Source: an uncultured delta proteobacterium
Lineage (GTDB): Bacteria > Desulfobacterota > Binatia > Binatales > Binataceae
Assembly: GCA_963814715.1 (NCBI GenBank)
Contig: CAWFDW010000005.1
Location: 608,864 to 672,863 of the forward strand
Length of the DNA stretch: 64,000 nt
Reading direction: 5' to 3'
The translations under genes and the position numbers were made by a program. This document shows, one piece after another, positions 17,947-30,939 of the stretch. The notes below the pieces were generated by a model that had not been told where the DNA came from, made no database searches, and worked only from the letters and a program-made list of their open reading frames with translations. The first letter of the stretch is position 1. Every line of letters starts with the position of its first letter.

Positions 17947-19269
17947 TCATCCCGCGATTCGATCGACGCAGTCCGCGAAGATTCGGCGGTAGTTGGTCTT
18001 CACCGCGAGTCCGCGCGTGATTCCCTCGAGCCCGACCAGTGCGCGAATCAGAAACACGCTGTGCGCTGGAGATTTGTAGAGCTGATTCTGCAGCGCAAGC
18101 TCTCCCACCTTCGCCGCCTTGCCGACCGTGTCGTATTCGAGCGGATCGACACTGCGATTCACTCTCATCGGCTCGAACAGGAGGTGGATGATTTTGACCA
18201 TCGGCGCCGCATCCTGATTGCGATCGAGATAGCCGAGCTTGACCATCGCAGCCGCCAGCGATTTGTCGTCGCCGCTCAAAATCGCGCGCGCGACTTGCAG
18301 ATTCGCTTTGCGCACCGGCTCGGGAAAGCGCCGAATCGATCCGAAGTCGAGCACGCCCAGCCGCGGATGATGGCTGACGAGATAGTTGCCCGGATGAAAA
18401 TCGGTGTGCAGCAATCCAAACTCCAGAATCTGCCGCCACGCGAACTCGTGGATCTTGACCGCGACCCATTCGCGCAGTTCCGCATCGACCTCGGGACCCA
18501 TCACGTCCGCCAGCGGATAGCCGTCGACGTACGTCATCGTCAGCACGCGCCGCGAACTCAGCTCCTTGATGTACCGCGGGATCATGATCTCGCCGTCAGC
18601 GCCCAGACGCCGCCCGAACTCGACGATGTTGCGCGCCTCGTTCACGTAGTCGAGTTCCTCGCGCAGCCGCTGCTCGAGTTCCCGGTACACCGACGCCGTG
18701 TCGATCTGCTGGCGCATCACGTCATGCCCAAGCGCCTGCAGCGTCCGCAGCAGCAGCTTGAGATTTTGCAAATCCTGCTCGACGGTATCTTCGACGCCCG
18801 GATACTGAATCTTCACCGCAACGTCGACGCCGTCGCGCGTGACCGCGCGATGCACTTGGCCGAGCGACGCTGCAGCAAACGCGGTCTGATCGAAACTTCT
18901 GAAAATCGCTTCGGGCCGCTTGCCGATCTCCTTGCGAATCTGTTCCGAGATTGTGCGCGTAGCTCATCGGCGGCACGCTCGATTGCGTCGCGCGCAGCAC
19001 GTCGAGCGCCTCGCCCGGCAGCAGATCCTTGCGAATCGAGAGCATCTGGATGAGCTTCATGAACGCGCCGCGAAGCTGCGTGGAGCCCTCGACAATTCGC
19101 TGCGCGTTGCGGATGTGCGTCTCGAGCAGTTCGCGATCGCGCGCCGGCGCACTCAGAAACGGCCGCCGCAATTGATTCCACAGGTAGCTGGAGCCGACTT
19201 GCGACGCGAGCTCACCCATCTTGATCGCACGGCGCGCGCGTCCGCTCGTGATTGACGTGCGCTTCGCCA
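17947..19269 (-). CDS. ABC1/UbiB-family atypical protein kinase; frameshift near 18953
   Basis: MAKRTSITSGRARRAIKMGELASQVGSSYLW...GAFMKLIQMLSIRKDLLPGEALDVLRATQSSVPPMSYA, then a shift to ...ISEQIRKEIGKRPEAIF...ASLGQVHRAVTRDGVDVAVKIQYPGV...HTDFHPGNYLV...GVLDFG. Confidence 0.85.
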
Positions 19270-20040
19270 TCAACGTCCGTCGCGCTCGATTCCGACGCGG
19301 TTGATCAGCGTCGCCGCGAGCGCCGCGCCGAAACCATTGTCGATATTGACGACGGTCACGCCGCTCGCGCACGAATTCAGCATTCCCAGCAGCGCGGCCA
19401 GCCCGCCCATCGACGCGCCGTAGCCGACGCTGGTCGGCACGGCGATCACGGGCTTGTCCACCAGGCCCGCGACGACTGACGGCAGCGCGCCTTCCATTCC
19501 TGCGACGACGATCAGCACGCTCGCCTCGCGAATCGTTTCGAGATTCGCAGTCAGGCGATGAATCCCCGCGACGCCGACGTCGTAAACGCGCGCCACGCGA
19601 TTTCCGAACAGCTCGGCGCACAGCGCGGCTTCCTCGGCGACAGGAATATCGGAGGTGCCCGCGCTCATCACCATCACGACGCCATGCCCCGACGGCTTCA
19701 CGCGCTCCTTCACCACCGCGCCGATGCGCGCGTCCGCATGATAGATCAGCGCGCGAATTTTGCGTTTGACGACGCGCGCCTTGTCCGCGTCGAGCCGCGT
19801 GATTATCAGATTCGTTCCCGACGCGAGCACGCGCGCTCCGATCGCCGCGAGCTGCGCCGCAGTTTTGCCTTCGCCGAAAATAACTTCGGGAATTCCGCGC
19901 CGGAGGCTCCGGTGGTTGTCGAGCTTGGCGAATCCAAGATCCTCGAACGGCAGCTCGCGGATATGCTTGAACGCCGCACCGGCCGTCATCTTGCCCGCCG
20001 CGACGCCGTCGAGGATTTCACGAATTCTTTTTTCGGTCAT
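19270..20040 (-). CDS. larB: LarB-like AIR-carboxylase-family protein (nickel-pincer cofactor biosynthesis, pyridinium-3,5-biscarboxylic acid mononucleotide synthase)
   Basis: 256 aa. ...LGFAKLDNHRSLRRGIPEVIFGEGKT...VVMVMSAGTSDIPVAEEAA...IVVAGMEGALPSVVAGLVDKPVIAVPTSVGYG... Intact ORF. Confidence 0.8.
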   Translation of the reverse strand: MTEKRIREILDGVAAGKMTAGAAFKHIRELPFEDLGFAKLDNHRSLRRGIPEVIFGEGKTAAQLAAIGARVLASGTNLIITRLDADKARVVKRKIRALIYHADARIGAVVKERVKPSGHGVVMVMSAGTSDIPVAEEAALCAELFGNRVARVYDVGVAGIHRLTANLETIREASVLIVVAGMEGALPSVVAGLVDKPVIAVPTSVGYGASMGGLAALLGMLNSCASGVTVVNIDNGFGAALAATLINRVGIERDGR

Positions 20041-21330
20041 CGCCGCTTGAGGAGTTCCGGCCGGATCGGATGCGCCAGGGTCAGCATCAATTCGCGCACG
20101 GCGCGTGCGTCGCTGCGCGTGACCGTGATCGTCAACTCGCCTTCAATCAATTTCTCGCCGGGCTTCGGGAATATGCCCGAGTCGTTCGACCACCAGGCCG
20201 CCGATCGTAGCATACTCATCCGCCTCCGAAAGCTTGAGGCCGAAGCGGTCGTTCAATTCCATAATCGGCGCGCGTCCGACCACCGACAGCACGCGCGGAC
20301 TGACGACTTTGGCCAGCTCCTCGTCGAGGTCGTGTTCGTCTTCGATATCTCCGACGATCTCTTCGATCAGATCTTCCAGCGTCAGGATTCCGGCCGATCC
20401 ACCGTACTCGTCTACGATCACGGAAAGATTTTCCCCGGTGCGTTGCATCGCGACCAGCGCTTCGTCGAGCGGCATCGATTCGGGAAAATAGCTGACCGGC
20501 CGCATGATGTCGCTGACCGGCCGGCTGAGATCCGGCGCCTGCAAAAGATCGAAGACGTGAACTACGCCGACGATGTCCGTGATTCGGCGGCGAAACACCG
20601 GGATGCGGCTGAAGCCTTCGCGCCGCACGGTTTCAATCGCCGCCGCCAGCGAGGTTTCTTCCGGCACCGCGTCGACACCCACCAGCGGCACCATCGCCTT
20701 GCGCGCCTCTGCCTGCGAGAAGCGAAAGATCCGGCTGATCATCATGCTGCTCGGACGGGCAGGATCGCGTCATGATGCGGCTGCTCGGAGGCGTCGCCCG
20801 GCCGCCGGCGCATCAATCGCGCCAAATCCTCGCGGCTCAGGAACACGCTCTCGGCGTCGGCCGGCACGCCCGCAAGCCGGCGCAGCAATCGGCTCAGAAG
20901 AGTCTCGACGTAGAGCAGCGGCGCCAGCATCGTCGCGAGGAAGCGCAATGGGCGCGCGGCATACAGCGCGAACTTATGCGGATTGGTAAGCGTCAGCAGC
21001 TTCGGTATCGACTCGCCAAGCACCAGCGTGATCGGCGTCAGGATAAACGGCGCAAGGTAAATCAGCTCCGGCCTGGTCCGATGCAGAAAACTGGTGAGCA
21101 CAACTGCCGCGACCACCGTGGCGACGTTGGTGCCGGTGAGTGTTAGCGCCAGCAACCGATCTCGATTGAGCAACAATTCGTCCCAGCACTCGCGATCGCG
21201 CATGTCCGCTTTCGCTGGCGGCGCGAGCTTTCAAATCGTCCGCCGAGACCAGTGCGATCTCGGACGCCGCGAAGAACGCCTGCACGATAAGGCATCCGGC
21301 CAGCGCCACGATAAGCCAGATCTCGGTCAT
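20037..21330 (-). CDS. CNNM/HlyC-CorC family transporter (DUF21 + CBS pair + CorC_HlyC); about 3 frameshifts (20178, 20770, 21215)
   Basis: MTEIWLIVALAGCLIVQAFFAASEIALVS... / ...LTGTNVATVVAAVVLTSF... / ...MISRIFRFSQAEARKAMVPL...SRIPVF...LSVIVDEYGGSAGILTLEDLIEEIVGDIEDEHD... / ...GEKLIEGELTITVTR... Confidence 0.8.
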
Positions 21331-22545
21331 CGATGGAGCCTCGCGAGCTCGACCGCCGCGCCGCGCACGCGCTCGACCGTCGCCTCGAATTCGCCGAGCC
21401 TCAGTTTCTCGCCCGCGCGCGGCACTCGCCCGAGCCTGCGCAGAATCAAGCTGCTCAGCGTTTTCCCGCCGCCGTAAACTTCGATGACCCGCGCGGGTGC
21501 CAGCGCGTCGGCCAGCTTGCCGAGCCCGACCGCGCCCGACGCCAGCCATTCGTTGTCCGATATTCTGGTCAGCTCTGGAACTTCGCTGTCGAACTCGTCG
21601 CGAATCTCGCCGAACAGTTCCTCGAGCAAGTCTTCGAGCGTCACCAGGCCAAGCAGCCGGCCGTACTCATTGACCACCAGCGCGATCTGAAAGCGCCCGC
21701 GACGCATCTCGTCGAACAAGTCGGCCAGCCGCTTGCCGGGCGGAATGAAATACGCCGGACGCACCAGCCGCTCGACGCGCGGCGGCGACGGCTCCAGGCG
21801 CCGCGCCGCGAGATCCTTGGCGTGCAGAATCCCGACGATATTGTCCTGGCTGCGACGATAAACCGGCACCCGCGAGAAACTTTCGTGCGCGATTTCCGCC
21901 ACCAGCTGCGCCACCGGCATATCGATGTCGAGCGAGAATATTCGCTCGCGCGGAGTCATCACCTCGGAGGCGCGCCGCGCACCGAAATCAAACACGCGAT
22001 GAATCATCGCGCGCTCCTCCGGCTCAACCTGTCCCTGGTTTTCGCCGAGCCTGAGCAGCGTCTTGAACTCCTCTTCGGAAACCGGGCCGGGACGCGGCGC
22101 CGTTTCGATCGGCGCGAAAATATCTCGCGAACGGATGAACCAGGTCGGTCAGCACCGCCAGCGGACGCGCCGTGATCCAGGCCAGCGCCGACGGAAATCC
22201 AAGGGCAAACGTCTTCGGCGTGATATCGCAAAACAGAAGCACGATCACCAGCATCGCCGGCGCCGCGACAATCGGCCCCCATTTGTCGCCGAGCCACGCC
22301 AGCAGAATGATCGTCGCGAGGCAGTCGGCGAAGATGTTGCACGCTTCGTTCAGCCCGATGATCACGATCAACGATTCGACCGGCCGCCGCATCAGGCGGT
22401 CGAGCGCGCGCTGCACCGAGATGCTCATCTGCTCGCGCGTATGCTCAAGCCGCGCCATCGAGAACAGCGCGGTTTCGGACGCAGCCAGCGTCGCGCTGAG
22501 AACGACGAGGATCAGGACCACCAAGGGCAGGAGGGAGATCATCAA
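21327..22545 (-). CDS. Second CNNM/HlyC-CorC family transporter paralogue; frameshift near 22127
   Basis: MMISLLPLVVLILVVLSATLAASETALFS...ITPKTFAL..., then ...PVSEEEFKTLLRLGENQGQVEPEERAMIHRVFDFGARRASEVMTPR...FSRVPVY...ALVVNEYGRLLGLVTLEDLLEELFGEIRDEFD... 4-nt overlap with the downstream paralogue. Confidence 0.8.
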
Positions 22546-22585
22546 TACAATCTAGCCGCGCGACCGCAGCTGATCCCATCCTCCG

Positions 22586-23557
22586 TTAATCGGCGCGATA
22601 GCACCAATCACGTCCAGCGCGCTTGCCCCGAACGATCCTTCCGATTCGGTGCACGCCGACCCTCAAGCGACGCGACAGTTCCGATTCGCTGTGCCCGGCC
22701 TTCATGCAGAAGATAAGTTCGTAGTCCTCGCCGCCGGTGAGCGCATGCTCGAGGTCGTCGCCCATCAGCGCACGGTACGCCGGCGATACCGGGATTCGCG
22801 ATGCGTCGATCTCGGCGCCGACCCCGCTTCGCTCGACGATATGCCCCAGGTCCTGCATCAGTCCGTCGCTGATGTCGATCGCGGCCGGCGTGGGCCGAAG
22901 CGTCGCGAGACGTTGCCCGGCATACAGTCGGGCATGCGGACAGATGAATCGCTCGACGCAATATTTTTTTGCCGCGACGATGCTTTTCGATTTGCCACGC
23001 GCCCTCAACTTACCCGCCAGGATCCGCCAGCCGAGCGCCGCGTCGCCGAGCGTGCCCGTCACGAAGATTTCGTCGCCGACTCGCGCCGCATCGCGCCGCA
23101 TCACACCGCGCCCGGCCTCGCCAATCAGCGCAATCGTGATCGACAGCTCTTTCGCGCGCGCAATGTTGCCGCCAACTATATCCGTGGAGGCTTCACGCGC
23201 CGCATCGCGTAGTCCCGCGTAAATTCGCTCGAGTGTCCGCGACGCAATCCCTTCACGCACGCCGAGATTCACCACGCAGGCCGTCGGACGCCCGCCCATC
23301 GCCGCGATGTCGCTCAAGTTGACGGCCAGCGCGCGTGCGCCAAGCGCTTCCGGAGTGCCCCATCGCAGATCGAAGTGAACGTTCTCGACCATGCTGTCGA
23401 TAGTGAACAGCATCTGCCCGCGCGGACGCGCGACAACCGCACAATCGTCGCCGACGCCAAGAATCGTCCGATGGCTGGTACGGATTCCCGCGCTGAGTCG
23501 CGCGATCAGTTCAAATTCGTTCGAGAGTTTGCCCGACGCGTCGGAAAGTTTCCTCAC
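22586..23557 (-). CDS. thiL: Thiamine-monophosphate kinase
   Basis: ...LGVGDDCAVV...TIDSMVENVHFDL...GARALAVNLSDIAAMGGRP...VGGNI...DISDGL...LTGGEDYELIF... Intact 323-aa ORF. Confidence 0.9.
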   Translation of the reverse strand: MRKLSDASGKLSNEFELIARLSAGIRTSHRTILGVGDDCAVVARPRGQMLFTIDSMVENVHFDLRWGTPEALGARALAVNLSDIAAMGGRPTACVVNLGVREGIASRTLERIYAGLRDAAREASTDIVGGNIARAKELSITIALIGEAGRGVMRRDAARVGDEIFVTGTLGDAALGWRILAGKLRARGKSKSIVAAKKYCVERFICPHARLYAGQRLATLRPTPAAIDISDGLMQDLGHIVERSGVGAEIDASRIPVSPAYRALMGDDLEHALTGGEDYELIFCMKAGHSESELSRRLRVGVHRIGRIVRGKRAGRDWCYRAD

Positions 23558-24724
23558 GGCATGCGCGCTTTCATTACTTGCTCATCAAGCGGGAATTCCA
23601 CTACCAGCGTCAGTCCACGCCGTCCATCCGCGAACCGCGCGCCGGTCCTTCCCCCCGACGCTTCCGCCATCGCCCGCGCGATATACAGTCCAAGTCCACG
23701 CGCCGCACTGCGATCGCCGTTTCTGTTCGGCCGCTGGAATAGTGCTTCGAGTTGTTCCTGCGAAAGCAACGGTCCATTGTCGGTGACCTCGATCGCGATC
23801 GCGTCATTTCGCACCCCGGCCCGCAACGTGACATCTCCGGTCGCCGTTCTTCCGATCGCATACGCGAGCATGTTCCTTACGATCCTCTGAAAATGCCGGC
23901 CGTCGAGTTTGCATGCCGGCAGCCGCGTGATTTCGACGCGCAGATTCAGCCGCCGGCGCTGCGCCTGCAGCCCGCAATCTTCCGCGACCTCGGCCAGCAG
24001 TTGATTCGGATCCAGTTCGACCAGCGCGGCGACGATGTCCCGTCCTGTGCCTCGTAGTAATCCAGCACGTTGCTCACCACCAGGTCCATGTTCCACGCCG
24101 TCGATCCGATTCGTCCCAGCAGATCCGTCCGCTCCTTTGCATTGGTGTCGACGTCTTCGATCAAATTGACGTAGCCGCTCAGCGCCGCGACCGGACTGCG
24201 AATGTCATGCGCCATCGTCGCGATCTGCGTCTGCCGAAACCGCGCCGCTTCTTCCAGATCCTCGACCTGTTTCCTCAGACGCCGCCGGTACCGCTCGATG
24301 AAGATCGAGGTGTATTGAGCGAAGATGATCGCCGCGATCGAGCCCCATCCAGCGGTAGATCCGGTATGGCGATTCGATCGGCACGAAGTGTTCGCCCGCC
24401 GCGTAGCCCGCGACCGCTGTCAGAGCCATCGTAAACTGCCAACGCGTGCCCCAGCTGACGAACGACGCGGTCGCCAGCGGACACAACATGATCGCGATAA
24501 AGCGCGACTCGGGATCTCCGGTCTCTTTGCTGATCAGGATGAACGTCGCCATCAAGACGAAGTTGTACAGCAGGATCCAGAATTTCCAGCGGCGCTTGAA
24601 CGCCTCGCGTCCACGACAGACCGAATAACAGGCAGGTCGCGGCCAGGATCAACCAGTGCGGATCGTTGCCCGGCGCGTGCAGTCCGAGCACTCGCTGATC
24701 GTACGCAAGGTACGCCAGCAGCAT
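23554..24724 (-). CDS. Membrane-bound sensor histidine kinase; at least 3 frameshifts; N-terminal boundary uncertain
   Basis: TM-rich N-terminus (…LLAYLAYDQRVLGLHA…, …ILLYNFVLMATFILISKE…), H-box ...TMAHDIRSPVAALSGYVNLI..., N-box ...IVRNMLAYAIGRT..., ...IEVTDNGPLL..., ...RGLGLYIARAMAEASGG... The stop overlaps the thiL start. Confidence 0.75.
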
Positions 24725-24917
24725 GAAGATTCCGAGCGCGCCGGCGAGTTTCAGGACTCGCAGCGATTCCTCGTCATCCTCGGTCCAGCGGAACTGGCCG
24801 AAGCGGCGCGGCCGACCCCGAATTTGTCAGCCCGGATGAGCCGTTGTATTTGCTGCTCTCCGCCAATCAGACTCCCCGTTTTCTTCCAGGGCCGGTCCCC
24901 GACCTCTAATCGTGACT

Positions 24918-27275
<2,358 letters not shown>

Positions 27276-27317
27276 CTTCCGCTCTCTGCCCGCGCGCCGC
27301 GCTGGCTGTACTCGCGC

Positions 27318-28432
27318 TCATCGCGACGCCTCCGCCGCTTCAGTCGCCGAGAATTGCCCGATCCCCAGCGCGCAGCCGCGAGCTTCTCCGCCTGCCGCTC
27401 GACCGATCACGCGAACTCGCTCCACGCTCGACGAATCCCAAGGTCTTCCGTCATGACCGCGGACACCGACCCGACGTTGGCGAGATCGAAAAACGTCAGC
27501 ATTCCGATTTCCCCATCCGGCACCGGCCGCAACGTGACCGGATCCCGCGCCGTCACCCGCAGCCACGGCGGCGGAATTTTGAATCTCTCTTGCGCATCCG
27601 ACAGCGCCGCGGCAGTTGAACGACGTCGCGTCGTAAAGCTGCGAGCACAATTCCGTCATCCCGTATTCGTTGATGACCATCGCGGGCGCGATCGCGAGCA
27701 TTTCGCCGGCCCGCGCGATCACCTCCGACGCTTGCATCGGCACGACCTGCCCCTTCGCCCCGCCGGTGTCCATCATTCGCGAACCCGCTGCGAGCCGAAG
27801 TTTCATCCCGCTACTGCTCAGCCTCGGAAAACAGCGCCGCGAACGCAGCCGTCGTCCCCATGATACAAACCGGCTCGCGCCGCGCCTCGCACTCGCGCAA
27901 GAAACCCAATCGCCGCCGCAACATCGACCCTCTCGCGCGACGCCGCCGCCAGATGCGTGCCCGTCGCGAACTCTTCGATACTCCAACTGATCATCGCCGA
28001 CAGCGACGACTCCGGCATCACGTCGGCCGTCGGATGCATCGCGAGAATCGCCATTCGGCGTGCGTCGGGGAACAGCATCGTTCGCAGATGAGCGATCGCC
28101 GACGCTCGATAAATCTCGGGCCGCGCAACGATATGACGTCCGCGCCGCGTTCGCCCCTGCGTGGTCCCGCTGGTGAGAAAAACCGCCGCATCCGGCGAGA
28201 GCGCCGCGCCATCAATCGCAAGGTCGGCATACTTGAACGCGACATTGCTGACCGCCGGAATATCGTCAACGCTGCGCACCGTGCCAGGCTCGACGCCGCG
28301 CGCCTCGCAGTAGCGCCGATACGCGCCGCAACTGTTTCGAATTGATGACGAAAGACCGTCCAGCGCGAGCCGCTGGAACGATTCAGGCTCAGGCTTGTGG
28401 ATAAACGTGAGGACCTGCTCGTAGATGGACAT
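27318..28432 (-). CDS. LuxE-like acyl-protein synthetase (adenylate-forming); about 4 frameshifts (27905, 27815, 27610, 27430)
   Basis: MSIYEQVLTFIHKPEPESF...YRRYCEARGV...IPAVSNVAFKYADL...AVFLTSGTTQGRTRRGRHI... / ...MDTGGAKGQV...NEYGMTELCSQLYD... / ...PPPWLRVTARDPVTLRPVPDGEIGMLTFFDLANVGSVSAVMTEDLG... / ...VIGRAAGGEARGCALG... Confidence 0.75.
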
Positions 28433-28531
28433 CGGCTTTTCGCCACGGGATTTGAGTTGACGGGCACGATCATGGCACCGCGCGCGCGCGCTCATTCAAT
28501 CCTGTTGGTCCCGGAAAGCACCTTTTTGGAC

Positions 28532-28552
28532 GGTAAATCGGTCATATTTACC
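28532..28552. promoter_or_regulatory. Perfect inverted repeat GGTAAA-N9-TTTACC about 100 bp upstream of the luxE-like gene
   Basis: ggtaaatcggtcatatttacc lies in the 278-bp AT-richer intergenic region between divergent genes (28432 minus / 28774 plus). Confidence 0.35.
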
Positions 28553-28773
28553 TAGCTCTTGAAATGTTCTACACTTCGCCTTGTTGATGGGTGGCGGGGA
28601 TGGCCTCGGTGGCGGTCACTGAGGACCGGGTAGGCGGGGCTTTCGAAAGGTTACTGCGATATTACTTAAGCGTTACCGTCCTATTCACCCCCAATTCGGG
28701 ATGTAACGATTTTGCGACAGATACGTAACTTTGCTAAACAGGTTGCCATCGGGTCTGGGAGAACCATCGCGAA

Positions 28774-29181
28774 ATGAAGAAATTCGCCGCCGGCGTAATG
28801 CTAGGCTTTGTGGCTAGTTGGGCAGTTGCTTTTGCGTCGTCCAACGTCAGCCACAATGGCAGTTTCTGGAACCGCCTCAACACCACCGCCAAAGACGGTT
28901 ACGTCAATGGTTATTCCGATGCGATGCGCGTCAGCGTCGGCAAACTCGACGTCCTCAATTCGGCCGCCGACCTGTTTCATTGGAAGGGCGCTCGCCGCAT
29001 TATCCATCAGCTCTCGGGTCAGCTCTCGATGGGCGATGTGAGCGCGAACCAGGCCGTCAAGCGGCTCGACGAGTTGTACTCGAATCAGAAGTACAGCGAG
29101 CTCGATCTCGGCGAGGCGCTGCAGACGCTCTCGATCCGCGCGAACGAAACTGCGATGCCCGACGCGCCCGCGAGAAGATAG
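28774..29181 (+). CDS. Small secreted protein, unknown function (135 aa)
   Basis: MKKFAAGVMLGFVASWAVAFA|SSN is a signal peptide. The ORF is followed by a canonical terminator. Confidence 0.6.
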   Translation: MKKFAAGVMLGFVASWAVAFASSNVSHNGSFWNRLNTTAKDGYVNGYSDAMRVSVGKLDVLNSAADLFHWKGARRIIHQLSGQLSMGDVSANQAVKRLDELYSNQKYSELDLGEALQTLSIRANETAMPDAPARR

Positions 29182-29226
29182 TGGCCGAAGTACCCGCATC
29201 CAATGCCCCTCAGACGTTAATCATCT

Positions 29227-29259
29227 GAGGCGGCCTCGCGAGGGACCGCCTCTTTTTTT
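29227..29259 (+). terminator. Rho-independent terminator
   Basis: gaggcgg-cctcgcgaggga-ccgcctc followed by TTTTTTT. Confidence 0.8.
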
Positions 29260-29323
29260 GCATGACGATCGCCGCTTGAAACCGCGAGTGCGCGGTCCTA
29301 GCCTAATTCGCAGGATATCCATC

Positions 29324-30233
29324 GTGAACGCACCTCCATTCCTGCTCGAAAAAGTTCTGCGCGCCACCGTCGGCGTTCATTCGCACATCCCGTCGGACGC
29401 ACGTCTCGACCGCGATCGGCCTCGGCACCGACCGCCGCGGCACCGGCACCGTCGTCAGCCCCGACGGCCTGATCCTCACCGTCCACTATCTGCTGCTCGG
29501 CGCGAAAAACGTGATCGTCACGATGCCCGGCGGCGATCAGCTCGAGGCGAAAATCGTCGGCAAGGACTACAGCACCGGCATCGGCCTGCTGAAGATCGAT
29601 CGCAAGAAGCTCGCGAGCGTCGAGGTCGTGTCGTCGGAAAAATGCGTCGTCGGGCAGGAGGCGTTCACCGTCTCGAGTCTCGGCGGCGAAAAGCGATGCG
29701 CCGATTGCGGCATCATCACCTACCTCGGCCCGTTCGACGCGGTCTGGGAATTCGTGCTCGACAAATGCGTCAGCGTCACCGCCTCGTCGCTGAACATCGG
29801 GATGAGCGGCGGCCCGATCTGCAATCTCCAGGCGCAAGTCGTCGGCATCACGTACCTGAACTTCGCCGACTTGAGCCGCGCGATTCTCGGCGTCCCGGGC
29901 GAGAGCTTCCTCAACGTCCGCGACGAGCTGATCAAACACGGCCGTCGCACCACCGCGGCGCCGCGCGCATGGCTCGGCGTGCTCTCGTACACGCTGCGCG
30001 AGCACGTCGTAATCGCAGGCGTGATGCCCGGTGGTCCCGGCGAAAAAGCCGGCCTGCAGCAGGGCGACCTGGTCATCTCGATCGACGACACCGACGTCAA
30101 CGACCGCCGAGTCCTCTACGAGGCGCTCGGCAATCATCGCCCCGGCGAAAACGTCAATCTCAAGGTCCTGCGCAACAACCGCGTCTACCAACTAGACATC
30201 CCCGCCATCCGCGCCGAAGACTATTTCGCTTAA
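29324..30233 (+). CDS. Trypsin-like serine protease with C-terminal PDZ domain (S1C/HtrA-like, short form); frameshift near 29400
   Basis: GTG 29324: VNAPPFLLEKVLRATVGVHSHIPSDA, then a shift to ...GLGTDRRGTGTVVSPDGLILTVHYLL...KDYSTGIGLLKI...NIGMSGGPICN... (His/Asp/Ser triad). PDZ: ...GVMPGGPGEKAGLQQGDLVISIDD... Confidence 0.75.
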
Positions 30234-30257
30234 ATCGAGGAGAGCCGTGCGACTCTT

Positions 30258-30328
30258 ATTCCTAACCTCCCCTTGTCCGAGGGGAGGTCGCCGCGGGCCG
30301 AAGGAACGCGGCGGGTGGGGTACAACGC
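30258..30328 (+). repeat. Left arm of a 71-bp inverted repeat flanking the DUF559 remnant
   Basis: attcctaacctccccttgtccgaggggaggtcgccgcgggccgaaggaacgcggcgggtggggtacaacgc. Its reverse complement matches 30844..30914 at roughly 66 of 71 positions (aligned by eye). Confidence 0.8.
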
Positions 30329-30399
30329 CCGCCAACTTCACCAAACCCAACTCGTTTAACCGACACCCATGACACACTACTCCGCCGTTCGCATAGGCT

Positions 30400-30790
30400 G
30401 AACCCAAATTGAAGACCATCTCGATAACCCACCATCGCGCCCGCCAACTGCGCAACAACCAGACCGATGTCGAGAAGGAACTCTGGTAGCCGTCTGTCGA
30501 TCCAGCAAGACTCTCTGATCACCGTTTGCGCCGGCAGACAATCTATCGCCGTCGAGCACGATCTTCATCGCAGGACTTCGGCTGCCCGAAGTCACGACTG
30601 GTAATCAGCCGATCGGCGACTCGACACCTGGACCGCACCGCACGAAGACACCTGGCGCACAAACTGATCGACGCCAGCATGGCTACGGGGTAATTCGCTT
30701 CTGGCGACAACGAAGTAGCTGCGACGCCGATGCAGAGCCGGCGAATGCTTGCAGATTCGGATCGAGCAAGCTCTCGAAAGACTCAGTGAC
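30400..30790 (+). pseudogene. Degenerate DUF559 (Vsr-like endonuclease domain) gene, multiple frame breaks and stops
   Basis: Fragments in different frames: ...HHRARQLRNNQTDVEKELW..., ...RRQTIY..., ...LVI..ADG..., ...WLRGNSLLAT.. / ..FASGDNEV... These follow the DUF559 pattern AR.LR.N.T.AE..LW...FRRQ..IG.YI.DF....LVIE.DG..H......D..R...L...G..V.RF.N.EV. Confidence 0.6.
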
Positions 30791-30843
30791 TGAATCACGA
30801 ATGACCGATTCGAACTTGCCGTTGGATCTGGTTGATCTGTCTA

Positions 30844-30914
30844 GCGTTGCACCCCGCCCGCCGCGCTCCTTCGGCGCGCGTCGACCTCCCCTCGGACAAG
30901 GGGAGGTTAGGAAT
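30844..30914 (-). repeat. Right arm of the inverted repeat
   Basis: gcgttgcaccccgcccgccgcgctccttcggcgcgcgtcgacctcccctcggacaaggggaggttaggaat. Read on the minus strand, it continues into ...ARQINQIQRQ..., resembling the 5' end of a second, truncated DUF559 copy. Confidence 0.75.
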
Positions 30915-30939
30915 TAGGAATTTCCGACGCGGCCGCGCC

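Noticed and set aside
18722-21549. ORFs 18722..19621(-), 19558..20775(+), 20974..21549(-) with extreme Arg content
   Set aside because: These are composite reads: out-of-frame or antisense stretches over ubiB-like, larB and the CNNM genes. Only short in-frame parts (the N-termini of ubiB-like and CNNM) are genuine, and those were merged into the gene calls.
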